Assembly (NCBI GenBank): GCA_002788675.1
Contig: PFRS01000007.1
Span: forward strand, 270-64,269
Length of the DNA: 64,000 bases
Origin: Candidatus Pacebacteria bacterium CG_4_9_14_0_2_um_filter_40_15
Lineage (GTDB): Bacteria > Patescibacteriota > Microgenomatia > UBA1400 > PJMF01
Direction of reading: 5' to 3'
Shown here: in pieces, positions 1 to 8,617 of the stretch
Numbering within the stretch: position 1 is the stretch's first letter
Layout of the letters: each line of letters starts with the position of its first letter
Translations under genes and position numbers: made by a program
The notes under the pieces: generated by a model
Told to the model about the DNA's origin: nothing
The model's input: only the letters and a program-made list of their open reading frames with translations
The model's database searches: none

Positions 1-35
1 GGTATTAATTATGTAAACATCAAATCGAAAAAAAT

Positions 36-938
36 ATGACAAGTTTGGATCAGACAGATGGTAGAGCCATAGGTGAAACAGGTGCCCTATTGGAAAAAAA
101 AACTGCCACAAATAAAATTTCTCAAGTTGAGTTTGATGCCCCAAAATATCAACCAAAAATTTTGAAGCTTTCTGAAATGGCATTGTCAATTTCAGATTCA
201 GACGGTGAGCATTATGTTAGTGAGGCGGGAAATAGTCATTATGGATTGCAAGAGATATTTGTTGTTGAGCAAACAACAGAAGGTGAAAAGATTGTATTAA
301 TCGAAGGTAAACGGGTTCAAAAAACTTTCCCTACTTGGGAGCTAACAGATACAGACCTTGTTAAATTGGGAAATTTTTTGGGATACATTCCAGTAACCAG
401 TTTTTTTGCCAAATGGGAACCAGGTTTATATAGTGATCGAGATTTTGTTTCGGAGTTAAGTCAACATGAAGCAGATGTAAAAAGAAGGCTTTTCTATGTT
501 GAAGTCTTAGTCAGAGCTGCTGGGACAAGTATTTTGCCTCTAGATTTTGATCAAGCAGTATGGGCACTAACTGCTCAACCAGAGAAAAAAAAGTACTCTC
601 CAGAGGATTTATTTGAATCATACACTGAAGTTTTATTGAGAAAAATTGAATTTTCCGATGAAGATAATCATGAAGCAGTGAAGATAATAAAAGAAAGTGT
701 GAAACGTTTAGAACTCTCAATTAAAAATGAAGAAGAGTTTATTGTTCAGTATTATTATGTATATGCAGCTTTGAAAATGATTGATTTCCAAGATATTGAA
801 CAAATAGTTGATTCATTAAGATATTTCCCATTTGTTGAAACTCTTATGAAGAAATTTGAAGATCAACCTGATGCTAGTTTTAGTGATAATTTGTTAGGGG
901 CTTTAAGTAGGTTCTCAATAGAATTCCGCAAAGATTAG
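36..938 (+). CDS. hypothetical protein (acidic, 300 aa)
   Basis: Long ORF with protein-like composition; no recognisable motif. Confidence 0.75.
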   Translation: MTSLDQTDGRAIGETGALLEKKTATNKISQVEFDAPKYQPKILKLSEMALSISDSDGEHYVSEAGNSHYGLQEIFVVEQTTEGEKIVLIEGKRVQKTFPTWELTDTDLVKLGNFLGYIPVTSFFAKWEPGLYSDRDFVSELSQHEADVKRRLFYVEVLVRAAGTSILPLDFDQAVWALTAQPEKKKYSPEDLFESYTEVLLRKIEFSDEDNHEAVKIIKESVKRLELSIKNEEEFIVQYYYVYAALKMIDFQDIEQIVDSLRYFPFVETLMKKFEDQPDASFSDNLLGALSRFSIEFRKD

Positions 939-1146
939 TTCTTTATTGGAAAGATTTTATGCATATACTTGATGAGCATAGTAGAGTGAAGCCAGGGGTG
1001 TTTATTTTGAAATAATTATTGGTATATGTCGGCCGTGTGGGAAGATGTTGGAACTTTTTTAAAGATTAATTCTAAAAAATCCGCAACAAATTTGAACAAT
1101 GTTTAGATATATAGTGTTTTATACATTTCATATATAATCTTTGAAT

Positions 1147-1815
1147 ATGCAAGAAAATCATCCTCAAACCCAAGATAATAATGAAATCAAGACTGTTCAA
1201 TCAGCTATGAATCTAACGTCAACAAATCCAATTCTATATATTCTTACAGGTTTTGGGGTTGCAGTAGTTGCATTTGGATTAGGATACATGGTCAGAGGAT
1301 ATTCAGTAGATGAATATATGGTTGCACAAGAAATCATAGCTCCAGAACCTATGACTCAAGAAGAAACTGTCAGTCCACTTGTAATGATGGAAGAACCAGC
1401 TGAAGCTAATTTACCATCAACAATTCTTGAAAGTGAAGATTTTGTGTATACAGATGAACAACTTGGTTTTTCACTAACATTGCCACCGAAATATTCAGTT
1501 ATTGGAGCAGATATTATGGGTAATGATGATGACAAAAGTGTTTCAATTATGTTTTATTTACCAGTAAATAATCTAGCTGGTGAATCATCAAGAGAAGACC
1601 TTTTTATAATAACTAGATTTGCACCTGGGACTGATATTTCTCAGCATGGCCCTGGAGGACAAAAAATAACTACTACTAAAGATGGAAATGACTATTATTT
1701 CTATGCAAATCGTGCTATTGGACTGCATCCAGAGCAACCAGAATACGAAGTCTACTTTTCTTTGGGGGGAGATCAAGCCTTTGATCTAGTTAAGGATGGA
1801 TTTAAATTACTTTAA
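1147..1815 (+). CDS. hypothetical single-pass membrane protein with extracytoplasmic domain
   Basis: One hydrophobic helix (ILYILTGFGVAVVAFGLGYMV), Pro/Glu linker, then YTDEQLGFSLTLP beta-rich (PsbP-like) start; ATG at 1147 preferred over TTG 1141. Confidence 0.75.
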   Translation: MQENHPQTQDNNEIKTVQSAMNLTSTNPILYILTGFGVAVVAFGLGYMVRGYSVDEYMVAQEIIAPEPMTQEETVSPLVMMEEPAEANLPSTILESEDFVYTDEQLGFSLTLPPKYSVIGADIMGNDDDKSVSIMFYLPVNNLAGESSREDLFIITRFAPGTDISQHGPGGQKITTTKDGNDYYFYANRAIGLHPEQPEYEVYFSLGGDQAFDLVKDGFKLL

Positions 1816-1824
1816 GAATTTTAT

Positions 1825-2073
1825 ATGAATAACCAGATTATTTCATATTGTTTTGTTTGTAAAAATCTAGTAGAAATTGACGCAAATAATTTATCATTTT
1901 CTCAAGATATTGAAAGTAAAACTTTAAATGCAGGAGCTTTTCCAGCTAAATTTGATGTTGATAAAGGCATTTATTGTATAGATATTGAAGAAGTAGAAAA
2001 TAAAAATGAGATACTAGAGGCAGTTAAATCTCTATTGCTGGGTTATGGTGTTGTTATTTTAGAAATTAACTAA
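1825..2073 (+). CDS. hypothetical small protein (N-terminal CxxC)
   Basis: 82-aa ORF 9 nt after previous stop, CFVC motif. Confidence 0.55.
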   Translation: MNNQIISYCFVCKNLVEIDANNLSFSQDIESKTLNAGAFPAKFDVDKGIYCIDIEEVENKNEILEAVKSLLLGYGVVILEIN

Positions 2074-2123
2074 ATAAATATTTTATTTTGCAGGTTTGTA
2101 TAAAAATGAATTTATATAGTACA

Positions 2124-2281
2124 TGTCGGGGAAACAGGACTCCTCGCTCGCTTCGCTCACTGCGGGATGCTCGTACTGTAGGAGGCTTACGCAATTTATA
2201 ACTCGCATAGCGACCCATAGGTTCAATCCTTTGCTTGCTCCAATACACAAAAAAACCCACCAAAAGGTGGATTTTTTCGTG
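2124..2281 (-). repeat. tRNA-Pro-associated ~158-bp mini-element with duplicated tRNA 3' end
   Basis: tgtcggggaaacaggactc at 2124-2142 equals 2282-2300; GTGAGCGAAGCGAG (rc 2147-2160) shared with the tRNA-Gly element. Confidence 0.8.
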
Positions 2282-2283
2282 TG

Positions 2284-2357
2284 TCGGGGAAACAGGACTC
2301 GAACCTGCGACCTCACGGTCCCAAACCGCGCACTCTAGCCATCTGAGCTATTCCCCG
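2284..2357 (-). tRNA. tRNA-Pro(TGG)
   Basis: CGGGGAA acceptor stem, anticodon loop TTTGGGA, T-arm GGTTCGAGTCC; CCA not encoded. Confidence 0.95.
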
Positions 2358-2426
2358 AATTGTTATGTAAAGAACAAGATCAAATTATACCGCACTAATG
2401 AGTATTATTCGAGATGGTCTTTTGTA

Positions 2427-2594
2427 CTATGACTCATGGTTGGTATCTTTTCGTAAGATATCTATCAGAGGTCGAGCAGGAATCAAGGCAAGTTTTTGCC
2501 AAAAGGCTTCTTGTTTTTTTTCTTTGTCTCTTCTCTCTTTCCAATCATCAAGATCTTTTTGGGAGATCTCTTGATGAGTTTCTTTTTGAGTCAT
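2427..2594 (-). CDS. hypothetical 55-aa charged protein between tRNA-Leu and tRNA-Pro
   Basis: ATG 4 nt after tRNA-Leu 3' end; MTQKETHQEISQKDLDDWKERRDKEKKQEAFW... fills the inter-tRNA gap. Confidence 0.5.
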   Translation of the reverse strand: MTQKETHQEISQKDLDDWKERRDKEKKQEAFWQKLALIPARPLIDILRKDTNHES

Positions 2595-2598
2595 TGTG

Positions 2599-2682
2599 TG
2601 CCGCGGGTGGGAATCGAACCCACACGATATTGCTATCACGAGATTTTAAGTCTCGCGCGTCTACCAATTCCGCCACCACGGC
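2599..2682 (-). tRNA. tRNA-Leu(TAA)
   Basis: GCCGTGG acceptor, anticodon loop CTTAAAA, long variable arm, GGTTCGATTCC T-arm. Confidence 0.95.
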
Positions 2683-2764
2683 TTGTTCACTTTAGAACAC
2701 TCACGATTATATCACCACAATTATCTTACTTGAAGTACAAGGAGAAGTTCTTTAGAATGAAACT

Positions 2765-5700
2765 ATGACTATGGATTCACGGCCTACGGCCGTACATACG
2801 ATCGAAAATACTCCGCCTCCTCCTCAAGAGCAGGAACATCCATTTATGGTTGGTGAACAACTTGGTGTTCTAAAGATTAATAATCCAGGTAGTGTTTTTG
2901 ATGGAATGGAGATTCCAATTCCAAGACAAAGACGAGAATTAAGTCGCAATGTGTCTGAAGCTTTGCTTTCTGAAATGCAGAATCCCGTACAACAACTCTT
3001 GCAGTTAGTGGAGAATGTAACCAATCAATCATTTGCACAAGGAGCTAAAACATATCAAGGTGAAAACAGAAAAATTCTCATACATAAGATACTTGAAAAC
3101 TTGTCTGATTCTCCTAAGTATAGAAAGCTACTCGAAAAATTTGCTAGTGGGAGCAGTGAATTTTCAAAAATAGTTATAAATGCGACTGTGTATATGTTAA
3201 GTAATACCAATTACTTGAAGGCAATTATTGGATTTGTTGTTGATGGTTGGGATAGTTCAAGAGCACCTCGAAGAATTCAAGACTTTGAGGATGCTATGCG
3301 CGAGGCAAGTTGGCAGGTGCAACAAGAACGCGATCCTGGTTTTTACCAGCAAACGCAAGCAGGACACTTTTCAGTTCAAACAGTACTTAATCCAGCAGTG
3401 GCATATGATCTTTTTTCATTTTATCAACTCACACAGCAGACAGAAACAGTGGGCTTAGTGCCCACTGAATCATTTGAATCTGATCATCCAAAGCAAATCC
3501 GACCAGGACAAGATGAAGAAGAGTATAAAAAAGAACAACTCGCACATTTAGAAAGATTGGAGGCTGAAAAGGCTGCTCGAGATGCTGCTGCTGCGCGTCC
3601 ACTTGCTCGTATAAAAAAGAAGCTGCAAGAGGCTGCTAATACATTTTCAGACCAGCAAAAGGAATTTCCTGAAGAGCCAGTGAGACAGGTTACATCTGAA
3701 GAATTTGAAGCAAAAGCTGCTGAGCGTCAACTTTTTGCAAATACCGAAAAACTTAATCGACTGGAAAAGGATTTTAGATCTGCAGTAGTGGGAGTAACCA
3801 TTGCAAATAAGATTGAGCTAATGCGAGAAGCAGCAGAGTTTCTCGAAACAGATTACGGTGAAGAAAAAGCAACACTCACAAGATATGAGCGACTTACAAA
3901 AAAATTAAAAGCAAAGTTATCTGGTAGACATTTTAGTCCTGAGTCAGCCGAAGCATTTTTACGATTACAAGAAGTGTATAAGTTTGATCCAAATAGTGAG
4001 GCTGTTAACCGATTACTTGATCAAGAATTTGGTTTAGATCAGGCTGAGATTACTGCATTAAATAGCACCAGAAATGGACGTAAAGATCTTGAAAAATTAA
4101 TCAGACGTGCTCGTGCAATAGTTACGCATGGTTTTACTAGAGATACCCAACATGGGATTGCTGAAGTTACTTTTGGTAAGGAACCAAGGCATTTTGTTAT
4201 ACTTGTTCATGGAGCACCTTACAAAATTGAATATTACAATAAGGATGGCTTTATAACTCAAGAATTGTTGATCAGAGCAGTACAAAATCTCGAATATACA
4301 CATGCTGATCAAAGTAAAGATCCAGAAGTACTCAAACAGAGACAAGTCATAGCTTCAATCTGGACTGAGTTAAGTTACAATCCTAAAAAAAATGAAATAG
4401 TAACTGATCCTCTTTTGTTAGACCAATTTATCAAAAAGTTTTTGAGGTCTGATTTAAAAAATACATCACAAGTTACACTGCAAATTGCTGATTCAATCAG
4501 GGCATTAATAAGTGCAGACTTTTCTGTCTCTGTGGGGGCAGATGAAGTTCCAGCTTTTGGAGCTGACGATCAAGCTGGGGAAATGCTCTCGTTGGTATTT
4601 GGAGGACAGCACATTGATATTTCAGATAATATTGGGGCGTTTTGTCAGCAATTTCTTGACTCTGATGAGATGAATAATAAACGAACACTATCAAACATTG
4701 CAAATTTTTTTGAAAAAGATAGTTGGGCGACACAATTACTTATAAAGATTAATTCACAATTTGATCATGGTTTGACTGATGGACGGGAAGCTCAAGAGAC
4801 TAATGCGGAATTATTACTGAGGTTATCTCAATATTTGGTAAGTGTGGGCAATGTTGCAGCAAGTAGAAAGATACTTCCAGAAGCACTACTCGCACAAAGT
4901 CTGAGTCTTGGTGTAATTGATGGTGAAATGGTGTTTGATGATGAAAAGGTTATTGCCGAGAATGTACACGAGTACAGTTATTCACTTCCGGACTTGCCCG
5001 AAGCCCTCGTTAACTCACCCAAAGCGTTAACTAAGGAGCTTGATAGAAGTGTCACTATTACTATGGAGAATGAGCTTAGAGATCGACTTGAAGCTATTGA
5101 TAGCATGAGTCTTAGGGAACTTTTTGACGGGGCAGGTACAATGGTTGATCGATTTGTAAATGTAACTGTTGATGTTCAGATGAATGCTATTAGAGAACCT
5201 GCATGGCAAGAACACTTGCGCTTGAATCCAGATATTCCATCCAAGAGTCCCAGGAAAATACAAGTTATCAAAGATACATTTTATATAGATTTGGAGACTG
5301 GTCTTCGAGACACAGTTAAAATTTTTCTAAATGGGGATCATGAGCTCATGAAGGAAGTACAAGAAAAATTACAGCTCAAAAAATATGATTTCTCAGCTGC
5401 GGCTCGGCTGTACGGGGTTGCTGATGTTTCAAAAATTTCTGCTGTTGAATATAGTCGATTTATGGCAGATCGTACTACATTGGCAGGAGAAAGCGATACA
5501 TTTAACATCCTTGCTCAATATGAACAAATTAATACTGTTGCACGAAAAGTAAAACGTAGGCTAACTGCAATTCAAAAACAAAAAAAAGAGGCTGAACATA
5601 CAAGAGATACTATTAGTGATGTTCTTGATATCAAGACTGTTTATGATGAGACTTACGCACGACTTAATTCAACTGAAGAGCAAGATTTATTACAGTTGTT

Positions 5701-6898
5701 AGATGAAATGAATGCGGCCCTTAAGCAAATTAATTTGGTGCTGACTCGATGTCTTTATGATAAAGAATTGTTTGCTACCGATGCCTCTGGGTCAGTGAGA
5801 GAAAGTGATCCGATTATAGCTCAAGTCCACAACCTACAATTAAACAGAATTAGTTCGGTCACCGCAATTCATTATGCTCAACTTATGGCGGACATGATGA
5901 ACATGATGAGTGATGATATGAGGCCTGCATTGCGTAGATTACCCACATCACGTAACATTGCTGAAATTCCTACGAGTAGGCTCGATTTTCACACTATGAC
6001 TGGGTATGCAGAAACAATGTTAAGTATGCAAAGCTTTGCAGAGATTTGGGCTGACACAAATAAAGATAGAACGGATGGGAAAGCACAAGTGCTTGAAGCA
6101 TTTAAGGATATAATTCAAGATTTTGTTGTAAATTATAGTATGCAGTTTCAAATAGGTGTTGATCAGGCACGAAAGCAAGTCAGTGATACGTCAGTATTAT
6201 CTGCTGGTACTAACAGATTTACTCAGTGGTTACTGGAAGTTTCTTTGCAATACACGGGTCTCACCGGGGTACTGGCTCAACAGCGCACGGGCAATATGAT
6301 TTCAGTGGTAGATTCAAATCCCGGTGTTGCTGGAGGGTATAGTTTACTGAGTCTGAGTGAAGGAGAGATGAGTGAAGCCGAGCATCTTACTGCGGTTTTA
6401 AATAGCAGCCATGGTCAAGATTCATTTCATACAGCTGGATCAAAAAATGTTGGTACTGCTATGGGAGTTACTCGAGTACACGATGGGGAAAATTCTCATT
6501 ATGCCTTTAAAGGTCGTAAGGCTGTCACTGATCAGCATCTAGATCAAATTGCCATGGCCATGCTGGGAGTAGAACGAAATGTAGCACGAGAATTAGTTGA
6601 AGGTATAAAACCTGGGTATTACTTTAATCAGCTGACTGTGCCGCAGCGCCGAGAGGCTCTCCATACAGCTAAGAGTGAGCTGGTTGAACAAACTAAATCT
6701 ATGTATTACTGGTACTTCTTTATTAACGTTATTACTAAAATGGATATGAATCAGGTGGGAACAAGGTATGATGAATGGGTGGTATCGGAAAGTTCACTCT
6801 CATTTATTAAATATGTTATGGAACAGGAACTGCCAAAGTATAACTTGAGTGAAGAGGCTATGGATTTCTATCAAAATGGTCCTAGATTGAACGCCTAG
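2765..6898 (+). CDS. large protein, putative divergent choline/carnitine O-acyltransferase family member
   Basis: 1377-aa ORF; collinear resemblance to PF00755 motifs incl. RHFVILVHGAPYKIEYY, FDHGLTDG (HxxxDG), SDPIIAQ, GVDQ. CDS is certain; family call is by eye. Confidence 0.6.
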   Translation: MTMDSRPTAVHTIENTPPPPQEQEHPFMVGEQLGVLKINNPGSVFDGMEIPIPRQRRELSRNVSEALLSEMQNPVQQLLQLVENVTNQSFAQGAKTYQGENRKILIHKILENLSDSPKYRKLLEKFASGSSEFSKIVINATVYMLSNTNYLKAIIGFVVDGWDSSRAPRRIQDFEDAMREASWQVQQERDPGFYQQTQAGHFSVQTVLNPAVAYDLFSFYQLTQQTETVGLVPTESFESDHPKQIRPGQDEEEYKKEQLAHLERLEAEKAARDAAAARPLARIKKKLQEAANTFSDQQKEFPEEPVRQVTSEEFEAKAAERQLFANTEKLNRLEKDFRSAVVGVTIANKIELMREAAEFLETDYGEEKATLTRYERLTKKLKAKLSGRHFSPESAEAFLRLQEVYKFDPNSEAVNRLLDQEFGLDQAEITALNSTRNGRKDLEKLIRRARAIVTHGFTRDTQHGIAEVTFGKEPRHFVILVHGAPYKIEYYNKDGFITQELLIRAVQNLEYTHADQSKDPEVLKQRQVIASIWTELSYNPKKNEIVTDPLLLDQFIKKFLRSDLKNTSQVTLQIADSIRALISADFSVSVGADEVPAFGADDQAGEMLSLVFGGQHIDISDNIGAFCQQFLDSDEMNNKRTLSNIANFFEKDSWATQLLIKINSQFDHGLTDGREAQETNAELLLRLSQYLVSVGNVAASRKILPEALLAQSLSLGVIDGEMVFDDEKVIAENVHEYSYSLPDLPEALVNSPKALTKELDRSVTITMENELRDRLEAIDSMSLRELFDGAGTMVDRFVNVTVDVQMNAIREPAWQEHLRLNPDIPSKSPRKIQVIKDTFYIDLETGLRDTVKIFLNGDHELMKEVQEKLQLKKYDFSAAARLYGVADVSKISAVEYSRFMADRTTLAGESDTFNILAQYEQINTVARKVKRRLTAIQKQKKEAEHTRDTISDVLDIKTVYDETYARLNSTEEQDLLQLLDEMNAALKQINLVLTRCLYDKELFATDASGSVRESDPIIAQVHNLQLNRISSVTAIHYAQLMADMMNMMSDDMRPALRRLPTSRNIAEIPTSRLDFHTMTGYAETMLSMQSFAEIWADTNKDRTDGKAQVLEAFKDIIQDFVVNYSMQFQIGVDQARKQVSDTSVLSAGTNRFTQWLLEVSLQYTGLTGVLAQQRTGNMISVVDSNPGVAGGYSLLSLSEGEMSEAEHLTAVLNSSHGQDSFHTAGSKNVGTAMGVTRVHDGENSHYAFKGRKAVTDQHLDQIAMAMLGVERNVARELVEGIKPGYYFNQLTVPQRREALHTAKSELVEQTKSMYYWYFFINVITKMDMNQVGTRYDEWVVSESSLSFIKYVMEQELPKYNLSEEAMDFYQNGPRLNA

Positions 6899-6927
6899 TT
6901 GCAGGTATAATTCGGGGTGTTAAGAGC

Positions 6928-6999
6928 GCGGGTATAGTACAACGGCTAGTATGACTGCCTTCCAAGCAGTAGATGGCGGTTCGATTCCGCTTACCCGCT
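6928..6999 (+). tRNA. tRNA-Gly(TCC)
   Basis: GCGGGTA/TACCCGC acceptor stem, anticodon loop CTTCCAA, GGTTCGATTCC; TATAAT at 6906-6911 upstream. Confidence 0.95.
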
Positions 7000-7200
7000 C
7001 AGAAATGAAAATAGGCCGTCAGGCCTCTTTTTATTTCTGAATGGTGTAGATACGGAACTAATCTAGCGAGATGAATATCGAGCTAAGTTCTGACGGAGAG
7101 TGCGATAGCACCCGCCTAATGCATGTGAGCGAAGCGAGTCGTAGATTCCGCTTACCCGCTCAGAAAATAAAAAAGGCCGTGAGGCCTGTTTTTATTTTAG
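7000..7200 (+). repeat. tRNA-Gly-associated ~161-bp mini-element with duplicated tRNA 3' end and terminator
   Basis: gattccgcttacccgctcagaaa at 6983-7005 repeated at 7144-7166, each followed by an AGGCC-GT(C/G)A-GGCCT hairpin; GTGAGCGAAGCGAG at 7125-7138. Confidence 0.8.
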
Positions 7201-7914
7201 AAGTTCTAACACTTTTTCTTCTGGCAGCTCAATGTATTTTTCACCATCTAAGTCACCAATATCAAATGGTCCCATTTTTGTGCGAACAAGTTCAATAGTG
7301 TCGTATCCTACTCTCTCAGTCATACGGCGAATTTGTCTGTTTCTGCCTTCTGTAATGGTTATTTCAATCCAGGTTTGGTTTTCTTCATGTGACAAAACAG
7401 TAACCTCTGCTGGTTTTGTGTAGCCATCTTTGAGTTTGACGCCTCTTCTGAGGTGATCAAGCGCTAAATTGGTGGGTTTACTACTGAGAAGAACTTCATA
7501 GGTTTTTGCTATTTCGTATCTTGGGTGAGTAAGTGTGTGAGCTAGCTCTCCATTATTGGTAACTAGCATAAGGCCTTCACTCTCTTGGTCAAGTCGTCCA
7601 ACTGGATAAACGCGTTCAGTTATTTTTGGTATGAGTTCAAGAACAGTTTTTCTGCCAACTTCATCTGAAGTAGTTGAAATATATCCCACTGGTTTATTTA
7701 TCAGAAAATAACGATGTTTTTGAGGTGCTGAGATAGGTTTTCCGTCGATTGAAACTTTGTCTTTGTGAGGGTTTACGCGTTGACCAATTTTTGCAACAGA
7801 ACCATTTACTGTTACGACTCCAGTTTCAATAAGAGCCTCGGATTTTCTTCGTGAAGCAATGCCAGCTCTAGCAAGGAAGAGTTGCAGCTTGATTGTTGAT
7901 GTATTGCTCGTCAT
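7192..7914 (-). CDS. rluB: rRNA pseudouridine synthase, RsuA/RluB family
   Basis: N-terminal S4 domain (LARAGIASRRKSE), catalytic VGRLD, EGRNRQIRRM. Confidence 0.9.
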   Translation of the reverse strand: MTSNTSTIKLQLFLARAGIASRRKSEALIETGVVTVNGSVAKIGQRVNPHKDKVSIDGKPISAPQKHRYFLINKPVGYISTTSDEVGRKTVLELIPKITERVYPVGRLDQESEGLMLVTNNGELAHTLTHPRYEIAKTYEVLLSSKPTNLALDHLRRGVKLKDGYTKPAEVTVLSHEENQTWIEITITEGRNRQIRRMTERVGYDTIELVRTKMGPFDIGDLDGEKYIELPEEKVLELLK

Positions 7915-7930
7915 AATATGTTCCTGTTGT

Positions 7931-8608
7931 ATGAAAAAAACACTTATTATCTCTGATCTTCACTTAAATAATAGCTTCGATAGAGAATTATCGCATTATA
8001 TCGCGAATTTAGTCAGATCTGTTGACCAAGTTATAATCAATGGGGACTTTTGGGATCACTATATTTGTAGTTTTGATGAGTTTGTTGCATCTGAATGGAA
8101 TCAGCTCTTTCCTATTCTTAGAGAAAAAAATGCCATATTTATATATGGTAATCATGATAAGGCTGCCTTTTCAGATGAACGTGTAACCTTCTTTAGTGCA
8201 AAGCAAGTTGTTGAATACACACTTCACTCGGGTGATAAACGTTTCATTATTGAGCATGGAAATCGAATCGCACCTGAAATGGATGATAAACATCCAACAC
8301 TTGCAAATCTATTTGATAGATTTTATCCTCGATTTTATTTTTACATGATGAAGGATCTGTGGGCAACACGATTTATTCATAGAAAATTTATGTATCCAAA
8401 GCAAGAAAAACTTGATGTCATCTTACAGAGATATTTCTCTCGACTAGATGATGCCTCTGTAGATGGCTACATTTGTGGTCACTCACATATATTTGCTGCA
8501 TCACCGACTTTTAAATATTATAATTCTGGTTACTTTTTTGCAGGTGAAGCGCACTATCTTATTATTGAAGATGGTACTATCTCAAGACATTCTGAGTTTT
8601 ATTGGTAG
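7931..8608 (+). CDS. calcineurin-like metallophosphoesterase
   Basis: ISDLH, NGDFWD, GNHD, EHG, CGHSH motifs; start at MKKTL avoids overlap with rluB. Confidence 0.9.
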   Translation: MKKTLIISDLHLNNSFDRELSHYIANLVRSVDQVIINGDFWDHYICSFDEFVASEWNQLFPILREKNAIFIYGNHDKAAFSDERVTFFSAKQVVEYTLHSGDKRFIIEHGNRIAPEMDDKHPTLANLFDRFYPRFYFYMMKDLWATRFIHRKFMYPKQEKLDVILQRYFSRLDDASVDGYICGHSHIFAASPTFKYYNSGYFFAGEAHYLIIEDGTISRHSEFYW

Positions 8609-8617
8609 AATACTTTC

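Noticed and set aside
2124-2300. attL/attR of a prophage or integrative element; CRISPR-like repeat
   Set aside because: Repeats are only 158 bp apart with no integrase or cargo, and two copies of tRNA-derived sequence do not make an array
2066-2768. Cluster of short overlapping ORFs in the ORF track
   Set aside because: They overlap tRNA-Pro, tRNA-Leu and the mini-element; only 2427-2594 is plausible
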